NCBI GenBank assembly: GCA_963735375.1
Contig: CAVTKS010000005.1
Coordinates: 256,152 to 320,151 of the forward strand
Reading direction: 5' to 3'
Length of the DNA stretch: 64,000 bases
From: an uncultured Acidimicrobiales bacterium
GTDB lineage: Bacteria > Actinomycetota > Acidimicrobiia > Acidimicrobiales > VFJN01
In this document: positions 21,176-32,263 of the stretch, one piece after another
Position numbering within the stretch: position 1 is the first letter of the stretch
Layout: each line of letters begins with the position of its first letter
The notes under the pieces: model-generated
Database searches by the model: none
What the model was told of the DNA's origin: nothing
Seen by the model: the letters and a program-made list of their open reading frames with translations, nothing else
Position numbers and translations under genes: made by a program

Positions 21176-22885
21176 GTGACCGGTGCGGATGTGTCCGATG
21201 CAACACGGAGCCGGCAGGGCGGGTTCGCCGCGTGGGGGGTCCGGCACGGCAGACTGTGGCCCGTGATCGACGCGCACCACCCGAGGGCGGCGACAGCCGA
21301 CGAGGACGGCAGCGACGACCACCCGAAGGAAGCGTGCGGCGTCTTCGCCGTGCACGCTCCCGGGCAGTCGGTCGCGCACCTCACCTACCTCGGCCTGTTC
21401 GCCCTGCAGCACCGCGGGCAGGAGGCGGCCGGCATGGCGGTCAGCGACGGCGAGCAGCTCACGGTGGTCAAGGACCAGGGCCTCGTCGCCAGCGTCTTCG
21501 ACGACCGCACCCTCGCCGGCCTCGTCGGACACCTCGCCATCGGCCACTGCCGCTACTCGACCACCGGCTCGTCGACGTGGCGCAACGCCCAGCCCGCCTA
21601 CCGGTCGGTGGGCGAGCACATGTTCGCCCTCGGCCACAACGGCAACCTGGTCAACACCGAAGCGCTCGCCAAGGAGGCGGGCATGCTCGAGGGCACGGTC
21701 ACCAGCGACAGCGATCTGGTCGCCGAACTGATGGCCGCCGAGCTGGCCGTGCACACCCAGCCCGACGATGCGGTGGCCGAGATCCTCGCCGCCGATCCGG
21801 CCCACGATCCCGGGCCCGATCCCGGTGCGGCGGGGCTGAGCGTCGCCGCCGACGCGAGCAGCGTGCCGATCTCGGGCCTCGAGCTCGCCGTGGCCGCGGT
21901 CATCCCCCGGCTCGAGGGCGCGTTCTCGCTCGTGATCATGGACGAGAGCCGGGCCATCGGCGTGCGCGACCCGCAGGGCTTCCGTCCGCTGTGCCTGGGC
22001 CGGCTCGAGAACGGTTGGGTGCTGGCCTCCGAGACACCACGCTCGACATCGTGGGCGCCGACTTCGTCCGCGAGCTCGAGCCCGGCGAGATGGTGATCAT
22101 CGACGACGAGGGCGTGCGGTCGCTGCACCCCTTCGGCACCGATGCCATCGACCCGCACCTGTGCCTGTTCGAGTTCGTCTACTTCGCCCGGCCCGACAGC
22201 CGGCTCTACGGCCGGAGCGTGCACCAGGCCCGCATCCACATGGGCGAGCAGCTGGCCGAGCAGGCGCCGGTCGAGGCCGACATGGTGATGGGTGTGCCCG
22301 AGTCGGGCGTGCCGGCGGCCGAGGGTTTCGCCCGGGCCAGCGGCACCCCGTTCGGCCAGGGCCTCGTCAAGAACCGCTACGTCGGCCGCAGCTTCATCGC
22401 CCCCAACCAGGAGATGCGGCGCGCGCGCGGTGCGCATGAAGCTGAACCCCCTGCGCGAGAACGTGAAGGACAAGCGGCTGGTGGTCGTCGACGATTCGAT
22501 CGTGCGGGGCACCACGCAGCGCCAGCTCGTGCGCATGCTGCGCGAGGCCGGGGCCCGCGAGGTGCACCTGCGCATCACGTCGCCCCCGGTCACGTGGTCG
22601 TGCTTCTACGGCATCGACACGGGTGATCGCAGCGAGCTCATCGCCCGCAACCTCGAGATCGACCACGTCCGCGAGTACCTCAACGCCGACAGCCTGGCGT
22701 ACCTCAGCCTCGACCGGCTGGTCGCCGCCACCGGGGCGCCGGGGGCCGGGTTCTGCGACGCCTGCTTCACCGGCCATTACCCGGTCGAGGTGCCGCTCAC
22801 GCTGCGCAAGCACGTGCTGGAAGACAACGAGATGCCCACCAGCGAAGAGATCGTGCAGCCGGCGCTCGACGGCACCGCCACCTGA
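21176..22885 (+). pseudogene. purF: Amidophosphoribosyltransferase carrying two compensating frame shifts
   Basis: The N-terminal part (EACGVFAV...GWVLASET) is in frame 2 up to about 22035. The middle part (LDIVGADFVRELEPGEMVII...FIAPNQEMR) is in frame 1. The C-terminal part (VRMKLNPLRENVKDKRLVVVDDSIVRGTT...CDACFTGHYP) is back in frame 2 from about 22425. The start could be 21176 or 21263. Confidence 0.85.
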
Positions 22886-23925
22886 TGGGCGAGACCTACA
22901 GCGGTGCCGGGGTCGACATCGCCGCCGGCGAGGCCGCCGTCGACCGCATCAAGGCCAAGGTCCGCTCCACGTACCGGCCTGAGGTGCTGGGCGACATCGG
23001 CGGGTTCGGCGGCCTGGTCTCGCTACCCGCGGGCTACCGGCAGCCGGTGCTGGTCTCGTCGACCGACGGTGTCGGCACCAAGGCGATGGTGGCCCGGGCG
23101 GCGGGGCGCTACGACACCATCGGCATCGACCTGGTGGCCATGTGCGTCGACGACATCGTGTGCCAGGGCGCCGAGCCGCTGTTCTTCCTCGACTACATCT
23201 CGGTCGGCAGCCTCGATCCCGACCAAATCGACGCGCTGGTCACGGGCGTGGTCGAGGGCTGCGGCCAGGCCGGTTGCGCCTTGGTGGGCGGCGAGATGGC
23301 CGAGCACCCAGGCGCCATGGAGCCCGGCGAGTTCGACCTGGTCGGCTTCGTGGTCGGCGTCGCCGAGCGCGATCGCATCCTGACCGGCGACGCCGCCCGC
23401 GCCGGCGACGTGCTCATCGGCCTGCCGTCGCCCGGCCTCCGCTCGAACGGCTACTCCCTCGCCCGCCGCGTCCTGCTCGAGCGGGCGGGCCTGGGCCTCG
23501 ACGACGAGCTGTTCGCCGGGCACACGGTGGCCGACGAGCTGCTGCGCCCGTCGGTCATCTACGCCCCGGCCGTCGCCCGGCTGCTGGGCGACGTCGACGT
23601 GCGGGCGGTGGCCCACATCACCGGAGGCGGCATCGTGGGCAACCTGCCCCGCGTGCTGCCGGCCGGGGTCGACGCGGACCTCGAACGCTCGGCGTGGGAG
23701 GTTCCCCGGGTGTTCACCGAGATCCAGCGCCACGGCGAGGTCAGCGACGACGAGATGGCCCGCGTGTTCAACCTGGGCCTGGGCATGGTCGTCGTGGTGC
23801 CGGCCGAGGACACGTCGCGGGCGCTGCGCGTGCTCCGCGACGCAGGCCACGCGGCCACCGAGATCGGTCGCCTGGTCGACACCGCCGACCCCGGGGGAGA
23901 GGGACGCGAGGTGCACCTGCGATGA
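22885..23925 (+). CDS. purM: Phosphoribosylformylglycinamidine cyclo-ligase
   Basis: Contains IGGFGGLV, DGVGTK and GGEMAEHPG. The start overlaps the purF stop (TGATG). Confidence 0.95.
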   Translation: MGETYSGAGVDIAAGEAAVDRIKAKVRSTYRPEVLGDIGGFGGLVSLPAGYRQPVLVSSTDGVGTKAMVARAAGRYDTIGIDLVAMCVDDIVCQGAEPLFFLDYISVGSLDPDQIDALVTGVVEGCGQAGCALVGGEMAEHPGAMEPGEFDLVGFVVGVAERDRILTGDAARAGDVLIGLPSPGLRSNGYSLARRVLLERAGLGLDDELFAGHTVADELLRPSVIYAPAVARLLGDVDVRAVAHITGGGIVGNLPRVLPAGVDADLERSAWEVPRVFTEIQRHGEVSDDEMARVFNLGLGMVVVVPAEDTSRALRVLRDAGHAATEIGRLVDTADPGGEGREVHLR

Positions 23926-24494
23926 CGACCAGCACCACGATCAACCAGGCGCTGATCGACCACCTGCTGCGCCACTCGGTGCGCCGGGGCGACTTCGTGC
24001 TCAAGTCGGGTAAGCGCAGCGAGTGGTTCATCGACGCCAAGCAGACGACCTGCCGGCCTGACGGCATGCTGCTCGTCGCCGAGGCCCTGCTGGCCGTGCT
24101 GCCCGAGGACGTGACCGCGCTGGGTGGACTCACCATGGGCGCTGACGCCGCCGCCTTCGCGACCGCCGGCGTCGCCGCCGCCCGAGGGCGCCGGCTCAAG
24201 GCGTTCAGCGTACGGAAAGAGGCCAAGGATCACGGCGGCGGCGGCCGACTCGCCGGTGCGCTCGACCCCGGCGACCGCGTGGCGATCACCGAGGACGCCG
24301 TCACCCGCGGCGTGTCGATGCTCGAGGCCGCGGAGGTCGTGCGCGAGTGTGGCGCCGAGCCGGTGCTGTTGGTGCCGGTCGTCGACCGCGGGGGCACGGT
24401 GGCCGCGCTGGCGGCCGAGGCCGGCATCGCCCTGCGGGCGCTGGTGACGGCCCCTGAGCTGGGCTTTCCGTACGAGAAGGACGTCCCCGGCTAG
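23922..24494 (+). CDS. pyrE: Orotate phosphoribosyltransferase
   Basis: Contains FVLKSGKRSEWFIDAK and the PRPP motif VAITEDAVTRGVS. ATGA overlap with purM. Confidence 0.9.
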   Translation: MTTSTTINQALIDHLLRHSVRRGDFVLKSGKRSEWFIDAKQTTCRPDGMLLVAEALLAVLPEDVTALGGLTMGADAAAFATAGVAAARGRRLKAFSVRKEAKDHGGGGRLAGALDPGDRVAITEDAVTRGVSMLEAAEVVRECGAEPVLLVPVVDRGGTVAALAAEAGIALRALVTAPELGFPYEKDVPG

Positions 24495-24498
24495 GGCA

Positions 24499-26397
24499 CT
24501 AGTTGCCGTCGCTCGGGCGCTCGTCGACGAAGACCGCGACGTCGTCGGCGTTCGTCTCCGGGCCGGACGCGTCCCCCGGAAGCGCGGTCACCGCGTCCAG
24601 GTAGTCGGTGTCGCTGATCTCGCCTGCCTGCAGCTCAGCGGTCAGCTCGGCCAGGCGTCGAGCGTTCCGCTCGGACTCCGCGCTGGGTGGGGCCGTCCAG
24701 CGCGAGAGCAGCTGCAGGTCCGGGTCGTCGAGCAGTGTCTCGACGTCATCACCGGTGGCGACGAGCAGGCGCGCCGCAACCGGGCCACCGTCGTGGACGC
24801 GGTTCGGCGAGAAGTAGAGCCAGCGGTTGGCCGGTACCCGGGCATCGATGCCGTGGCGTTCGAGTTGGAGCACGAGCGTGCGCGAGTACCACGGGCCCGG
24901 AACCCCGGGGAGGTCGTCGACGACCACGGCGCCCTCTGCATCCGCGAACTCGTCGAGGGCCGGCTCGGAGAGCGTGGTGGCGACCTCGGAGTCGTCGGCA
25001 TGGGGCGTCCCGGCCCGCACGGCGCTCACCACCGTGACGCCCGCCAGCACGGATGCCGTCGCCACCGCCACCCCGGTCATGGCGCGCTCGGCCCGGGGCC
25101 ACCGCCCGGCGCAGGCCAGCCAGAGCGCCCAGAGGACCACGATGGCCGCGAGCACCGGCGGCACCCACGTGTAGCGCAGCCGGTAGTCGACGACCAGCCC
25201 GACGGTGCGCAGGATCGACAACCCGACCAGACCCGACACCAGGGCTAGAGCCACCACGAGCCCGCGGCCGTCACGACCCCTCCGCCAGAGCACCGCGGCG
25301 GCCACGACGAGGGGCACGATCAGGACGGGCAGCGGCGACGAGTAGAGGTACGGCGACTCACCGGTGACGGGGTTCATCGGCAGCTTGCCGGTCAGCCACT
25401 CGGAGGTCAGCCCGAACTGGCCCGTCGTCACCCTCCACGCATCGCCGAGCGACCGTCCCGCGTCGCCCGGATCGCGGAAGTACCGCACCACGCGGCCCGC
25501 GTTGCTGGGCGAGTTCACGAGCCCGTCGATGACCGGCGGCAACCACACCACGACGAGCACCGCCACCGACAACCCGGCCGACCGGAGGATCCGACGCGTC
25601 GCCGCCCGGTCGCTCCGGCCGCGCCACGCCCGCACCCCGAGCGCCACGGCGCCGCACACGAACAGCGGCCCCGCGGTGACGACGAAGCTGACATGGGTCT
25701 GGATCAGGAAGCTGGCCACCAGCGCACCCACCGGCAGCGCCCACGCGTCGCCGCTGAACATCGACCACGTCACGAAGGCCAGCAGGGCGAAGGGGAGCAC
25801 CGTGAGCGTCAGGTTCCACGCGTCACCCAGGAACTCGGGGCCCAGCGAGCGCACCAGCAGCAGGCAGGCGATGAGGGTGCAGAGCAGGAGCGGTGTTCCG
25901 CCGCGGCGGCGGGCGATCGTCAGGATGCCCGCCACGGACGCCCCATTGATCGCGAGCGCACCCAGCACCATGCCGATCGAGCTGCTCCCGGTCAGCCAGT
26001 AGAAGGGCGCGACCAGGTAGAACTGCAGCGGGCCGAGGTGGCTCCACACCGGGCGTGAGTGGAGGCCGATGAGCACCTCGTGACGGCCGACGTCGCGGAT
26101 GTGCATCTCGGTCATCGCCAGGTCGCCGGTCGGGTGGTAGTCGCCCCCCACGAACAGCACGACGGCGACCGCCGCCACGGCGAACGGCATCAGTCCCAGA
26201 GCCAGTGCGAGCCGGAACAGACGGTCGCGGGTGTCGGTCGGCGCCGCGACCATGTCCCGATCGTCGGCCTGTTCGGGAGTCGGCCCGCCGTCCGCGTCGG
26301 GCCCGCCGTCCGCGTCGGGCCCGTCGTCGGATGAGGGTTTCGTGGTCGGGCCGCTGTCGCCGTCTCCCGTCCGTCGCCTCAGCCGCAGAGGGAGCAC
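24499..26397 (-). CDS. Polytopic membrane protein with a C-terminal soluble domain, tandem paralog A (GT-C-like architecture, function unknown)
   Basis: About 10 helices. Shares long identical blocks with the next gene (DLAMTEMH.RDVGRHEVL, RRRGGTPLLLC, RSLGPEFLGDAWNLTL, NSPSNAG, WRVTTGQF, LRYTWVPP, GPWYSR). An alternative ATG start lies at 26253. Confidence 0.75.
   Translation of the reverse strand: MLPLRLRRRTGDGDSGPTTKPSSDDGPDADGGPDADGGPTPEQADDRDMVAAPTDTRDRLFRLALALGLMPFAVAAVAVVLFVGGDYHPTGDLAMTEMHIRDVGRHEVLIGLHSRPVWSHLGPLQFYLVAPFYWLTGSSSIGMVLGALAINGASVAGILTIARRRGGTPLLLCTLIACLLLVRSLGPEFLGDAWNLTLTVLPFALLAFVTWSMFSGDAWALPVGALVASFLIQTHVSFVVTAGPLFVCGAVALGVRAWRGRSDRAATRRILRSAGLSVAVLVVVWLPPVIDGLVNSPSNAGRVVRYFRDPGDAGRSLGDAWRVTTGQFGLTSEWLTGKLPMNPVTGESPYLYSSPLPVLIVPLVVAAAVLWRRGRDGRGLVVALALVSGLVGLSILRTVGLVVDYRLRYTWVPPVLAAIVVLWALWLACAGRWPRAERAMTGVAVATASVLAGVTVVSAVRAGTPHADDSEVATTLSEPALDEFADAEGAVVVDDLPGVPGPWYSRTLVLQLERHGIDARVPANRWLYFSPNRVHDGGPVAARLLVATGDDVETLLDDPDLQLLSRWTAPPSAESERNARRLAELTAELQAGEISDTDYLDAVTALPGDASGPETNADDVAVFVDERPSDGN
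26282..26317. repeat. 18-bp perfect tandem repeat GGCCCGCCGTCCGCGTCG x2 (with a degenerate third unit) encoding DGGPDA repeats in the paralog A N-terminus
   Basis: Read directly from the sequence. Confidence 0.85.
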
Positions 26398-26454
26398 GTC
26401 GGGACCCTACGCGATCAGTTCGAGGCGCACCCCCGGTCGCCCTGACCGGACGCC

Positions 26455-28260
26455 TCAGGTCGGCCGCTCGTCGAGGAACACGGCGACATCGGTCGCCGAC
26501 GTCTCCGGCTCGTCGCTCCGCTGGTCGTCCTCGGCCATGGCGGCCATCTCCATGAAGAACTCGGCGTCGCCGAGCTCGCCCGCCTCGTGCGCGGCGGTCA
26601 ACCGTTCCTCTTCGGCGCGGCGCCGCTCGCGCTGCTCCGGGGGGACCTCGGACCAGCGCGCGAGCAGCCGGACGCCGGGCTGGTCGATGAGCGCAGGGAC
26701 CTCGTCCTCGCTGGCCACGACCAGCCGGGCTGCGACCGCGCCGCCGTCGTAGACGCGGCCGGGTGAGGCCGTGAACCCGAGGTAGGGGTCGAACCTGACG
26801 TCGATGCCGGACCGTTCGAGCTGGAGCACCAGAGCCCGCGAGTACCAAGGCCCCGCGGCGCCGACGATCTCGGTCACGACGACCTGGCCGTCGGCGTCGC
26901 GATAGGCATCGATCACGGGGACCGCCAACGTCTCGACCACCGCGACGTCGCTCTCGTGGGGGGTGCCCGCCCGGGCGCCGCTGGCGGCGTTGAGCCCCGC
27001 CAGGGCAACGGCGACCGCCAGCCCGGCCGGTACCAGGGCCCGCCCGAGACCGGGCCAGCGCCGGGTAACGACCAGCCAGCCTGCCCACAGCACGGCCACG
27101 GAGGCGACCAGGGGTGGTACCCAGGTGTAGCGCAACCGGTAGTCCCACACGGGCCCCGCCGTGCGCATGACCGACACGACGACGAACCCCAGGAGCAATG
27201 CCGTCGTCACCGCCAGGCCCCGGGTCTCGCGACCGAGGCGCCACAGGGCGATCGCTGCGGCCGCCACCGGCACGAGCAGCACCGGCAGGGGTGACGTGTA
27301 GAGGTACCGCGACTGTCCGAGGAAGCCGGCGGGCAGCTTGCCGGTCAGCCACTCGGGCGGCAGCGCGAACTGCCCCGTGGTCACGCGCCAGCCCTCGGCC
27401 AGGCTGTGGCCGGCCTCTCCGGGGTCGCGGAAGTACCGGTAGATGTCGCCGGCGTTGCTGGGGCTGTTGGTCACCAGGTCGATCGCCGGCGGCAGCCAGA
27501 GCACGGCGAGCACGCCGACTGTGAAGGCGGCTGGCCTGAGCAGGGGCCGTCCCCACCCGGGCCCGTGCTCGCGCCGGGCGGAGAGCACCAGGCCCAGCGC
27601 CCCACAGGCGAAGAGCGCTCCGGCCGTGGCCAGATAGCCGATGTGTGTCTGCACGAGGAAGGTGGCGAGCGCCGCGCCCGCGGGCAGCGCCCAGGTCTCG
27701 CCCGCGAGCATCGACCAGACCACGAACGCCATCAGGGCGAACGGCAGCACCGGCAACGTCAGGTTCCACGCGTCGCCCAGGAACTCGGGCCCGAGCGAGC
27801 GGGTGAGCAGCAGGCACGCCACCAGCGAGCACAGGAGGAGGGGCGTGCCGCCCCGCCGCCGGGCGACGGCGAGGATGCCGACGACCGCCGCCAGGTTGAC
27901 CGCCAGCGCGCCGAGCACCATGCCGAGCGACGAACTGCCGGCGAGCCGGTAGAAGGGTGCGATGAGGTAGAACTGCAACGGCCCCGGGTGGTTCCAGTGG
28001 AAGCGCGACCACAGGCCGGTGAGCACCTCGTGGCGCCCGACGTCCCGTACGTGCATCTCGGTCATGGCCAGGTCGCCGGAGGGCAGGTACTCGCCCCCGC
28101 CGCCGAAGATCAACGCCGCCGCGGTGACCACGAACGGCGCCGCGGCGATGACCACCGCCGCCCGGAACACACGGCGGTCGCTCACCAGGCCGTCGGGTGG
28201 ATCGACCGCGGCCAGGTCGGGGTCACCGTCGCTGTCGAGCATGGTCCGCGCCCCCGCCAT
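26455..28260 (-). CDS. Polytopic membrane protein with a C-terminal soluble domain, tandem paralog B
   Basis: Colinear with paralog A throughout. The two genes are 57 nt apart on the same strand. Confidence 0.8.
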   Translation of the reverse strand: MAGARTMLDSDGDPDLAAVDPPDGLVSDRRVFRAAVVIAAAPFVVTAAALIFGGGGEYLPSGDLAMTEMHVRDVGRHEVLTGLWSRFHWNHPGPLQFYLIAPFYRLAGSSSLGMVLGALAVNLAAVVGILAVARRRGGTPLLLCSLVACLLLTRSLGPEFLGDAWNLTLPVLPFALMAFVVWSMLAGETWALPAGAALATFLVQTHIGYLATAGALFACGALGLVLSARREHGPGWGRPLLRPAAFTVGVLAVLWLPPAIDLVTNSPSNAGDIYRYFRDPGEAGHSLAEGWRVTTGQFALPPEWLTGKLPAGFLGQSRYLYTSPLPVLLVPVAAAAIALWRLGRETRGLAVTTALLLGFVVVSVMRTAGPVWDYRLRYTWVPPLVASVAVLWAGWLVVTRRWPGLGRALVPAGLAVAVALAGLNAASGARAGTPHESDVAVVETLAVPVIDAYRDADGQVVVTEIVGAAGPWYSRALVLQLERSGIDVRFDPYLGFTASPGRVYDGGAVAARLVVASEDEVPALIDQPGVRLLARWSEVPPEQRERRRAEEERLTAAHEAGELGDAEFFMEMAAMAEDDQRSDEPETSATDVAVFLDERPT

Positions 28261-28279
28261 CCCCCGACCCCGCTGCCCG

Positions 28280-29116
28280 TCAGGCCGACGAGGGCTGGCG
28301 CACGCGCGGGTGCAGCACCAGCCGTACCTGCTCGTGGCCCATCTCGACGGGCTCGAGCACGACGCCGGCGGCCGCGGCCCGATCGCAGACGACGGCCAGC
28401 TCGCCCGCCGGGTCCAGCCAGCCGTCGCCGGTCACCACGAGGGGGTCGCCGACATCGACAGTCACCCGCTGCGCCGACGTGGCGAGCACGCCCAGCAGCT
28501 CGACGGCCGCGACCAGCACGGCCACCGGCGGGGTCGGGGCCGCGACGGAGCCCGGCCCGCCCACGTGCGGCGGCCGCGCGGCGGAAGGCGTCGCGGTCAC
28601 CTCGACGTCGACGCCCACTTCCTCGCGCAGTCGCTCGGCCTCCCGGGCGAGCGCCTGGGCGAGCTGGCCGGCGGTGTCGCCCTCGATCATGTGCCGGTTT
28701 TCGGGTGGCACGCCCACGACCGCCGCCCACCGGCGAGTCACATGCCCCAGCAGCAGGTGCCAGAGGCCGGCCGCCGTGGCGGCGTCGAGGTCGGGAGGCG
28801 GGTCGTCGCCAGGTTGGAGACCAGGGCTCGCGCCCGGCCCGGTGGTGACGGCCTCGAGCAGGTGCGCCAGTTCGTCGGCGCGGTCGCGCTGGGTCTCGAC
28901 GTCGGCGGCCATCCGGTCGTTGGCCGCAGAGAGCCAGGCCTCTCGGTCGCGCAGGGCGTCGCGCTCACCGGTGGTGTGGGTCAGCTGCTGGTCCAGCTGC
29001 GAGGCTTCGGCGTGCGCCGTGTCAAGGTCGCGCCGCAGCCCACTGCGGGCGATCAGGAGCGCCACGGCGGCCCCCGACGCCGCGACCGTGAGCACCGACA
29101 TCAGGGCGAGAATCAC
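28280..29116 (-). CDS. Membrane-anchored coiled-coil hypothetical protein
   Basis: One N-terminal TM helix (ILALMSVLTVAASGAAVALLIA), then a heptad-like acidic/basic stretch, then a roughly 150-aa globular C-terminus. Lies 19 nt upstream of paralog B on the same strand. Confidence 0.6.
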   Translation of the reverse strand: MILALMSVLTVAASGAAVALLIARSGLRRDLDTAHAEASQLDQQLTHTTGERDALRDREAWLSAANDRMAADVETQRDRADELAHLLEAVTTGPGASPGLQPGDDPPPDLDAATAAGLWHLLLGHVTRRWAAVVGVPPENRHMIEGDTAGQLAQALAREAERLREEVGVDVEVTATPSAARPPHVGGPGSVAAPTPPVAVLVAAVELLGVLATSAQRVTVDVGDPLVVTGDGWLDPAGELAVVCDRAAAAGVVLEPVEMGHEQVRLVLHPRVRQPSSA

Positions 29117-29198
29117 GCGGCGACCCTAGCGAGGCCGGTGACTCCGTCGAAACCCCGGACGTTACGTCCGCGCGAACCCCAGGTGGCGGTTCAGGGCG

Positions 29199-30272
29199 TC
29201 AGCCTCCCGTGCGGATGAGGCGGGTGTGGCTCACCGACGCGATGCGCTCCTCGGCGAGCCGGTCGGCGGCCGCTGCCGTGGTCACGCCGTCAGCGTCCGC
29301 CCGGTCGAAGACCCGCAGCAGCGTGTCGTGGATCGAGCGGATGCGGTCGTAGGCGCGGGCGTGATCGTAACCGTGGGGCTCCTCGGCGATGTTGATCACC
29401 CCGCCGGCGTTGGCCACGAAGTCGGGTGCGTAGACGACGCCGCGGTGCCGCAGGCGCTCGGCGTCGGCGAGCGAGGCGAGCTGGTTGTTCGCCGAGCCCA
29501 CCACGGCGTCGCACCTCAGCTCGGGGATGGTCGTCGAGTTGAGCACGGCGCCGAGGGCGCACGGGGAGAAGATGTCGCACGGCACGGTGTGGGCCGCCTC
29601 GGGAGCGACGGCCACGGCGCCGTGCTGGACGACCAGGGTGTCGACGGCGTCCTGGCGCACGTCCGACACCGTGAGCTTGGCGCCCTCGTCGGCCAGGTGC
29701 TGGGCGAGGGCGCTGCCCACCTTGCCGACGCCCGAGATGCAGACGTGCCGGCCGGCGAGCGACGGGCCGCCCCACAGCCGCTCGGCCACCGCCTTCATGG
29801 CCCACAGCACGCCCCAGGCGGTGGCAGGCGACGGGTCGCCCGAGCCACCGAGCGACTCGCTGACCCCGGTGACGTGCGCGGTCTCGCGGCGGATCAGATC
29901 CATGTCGGCCTGGGTGGTGCCCACGTCCTCGGCCGTGAGGTACCGCCCGCTCAGCCCTTCGACGAACCGCCCGTAGGCGCGCAACAGCGCCTCGGAGCGC
30001 AGCGTCGCCGGGTCGCCGATGATCACGGCCTTGCCGCCGCCCTGGTCGTTGCCACACACCGCGTGCTTGTACGTCATGCCCTGGGCCAGGCGGCACACAT
30101 CGACCAGGGCGTCGTCCTCGGACGCGTAGGGGTAGAAGCGGGTGCCCCCCAACGCGGGGCCAAGCGCGGTCGAGTGGATGGCCACGATGGCCTTGAGACC
30201 GGTGGCTGCGTCGTGGCAGTAGGCCACCTGTTCGAACCCGTCGGTCGTCACGATGTCGAAGACTCCGGCCAC
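29199..30272 (-). CDS. Leu/Val/Phe dehydrogenase family enzyme (valine dehydrogenase-like)
   Basis: Contains LGGTRFYPY, GGGKAVIIGDP (catalytic Lys region) and the Rossmann motif ISGVGKVGSALA. Only the 3' 358 codons of the 938-aa track ORF are coding; the rest is antisense to the malic enzyme gene. Confidence 0.9.
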   Translation of the reverse strand: MAGVFDIVTTDGFEQVAYCHDAATGLKAIVAIHSTALGPALGGTRFYPYASEDDALVDVCRLAQGMTYKHAVCGNDQGGGKAVIIGDPATLRSEALLRAYGRFVEGLSGRYLTAEDVGTTQADMDLIRRETAHVTGVSESLGGSGDPSPATAWGVLWAMKAVAERLWGGPSLAGRHVCISGVGKVGSALAQHLADEGAKLTVSDVRQDAVDTLVVQHGAVAVAPEAAHTVPCDIFSPCALGAVLNSTTIPELRCDAVVGSANNQLASLADAERLRHRGVVYAPDFVANAGGVINIAEEPHGYDHARAYDRIRSIHDTLLRVFDRADADGVTTAAAADRLAEERIASVSHTRLIRTGG

Positions 30273-30395
30273 GTCCCGAGGGTAGTGCCGTGCCCTCCCG
30301 CCGACGTGCCCGCTGCGCCGCCACGCAGGGCACTCGCTCGTGCGCAGGGGGCATCCGGTTACCGTGACCACGGTCCGCGCGGCTACTTTCCGGCC

Positions 30396-31814
<1,419 letters not shown>

Positions 31815-32173
31815 CCTGACGACTTCCCGCAGCGCCGGTCGCGTCCTCGACCGGTCCTGTTGCCGCGTGACCACGTCGCTACGTCGCCGCGCCGCCGCGC
31901 CGCCGCATCCACCGTGTGGGCGGGCGTTGGTAGCGTGCCCGACCGAGGCACGCCTCCACGGCCGGGGCGGGCGGGTGCGAACCGGGCGGGCGCACCGCGC
32001 ACTGGGGCCGTCCACACCTCGAGAGGTCCGACGATGACCGACCGCGACGGCGCCCCCGGCGGAGCGCCTTCCGCCACGGACCGCGTCCCATCCGCGTTCC
32101 CCCGAGGACGATGGCCCGACCCACCGCCGGCGGGCGGCCGCCCGCCCGCGGCGGCCACACCGCGGGATCCCGC

Positions 32174-32219
32174 GACCAGGACCAGGGCGGGCGCCAGTGG
32201 GCTCGCCCTGGTCCTGGTC
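32174..32219. other. Perfect 16-bp inverted repeat GACCAGGACCAGGGCG / CGCCCTGGTCCTGGTC with a 14-nt loop
   Basis: Read directly. Lies in the 450-bp gap between the malic enzyme gene and the next CDS, 45 nt upstream of its GTG. No T-tract follows it. Confidence 0.8.
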
Positions 32220-32263
32220 GGCTGCGTCATGGGCACCCGCACCGAGCGGGCGGCCGCGTACGG

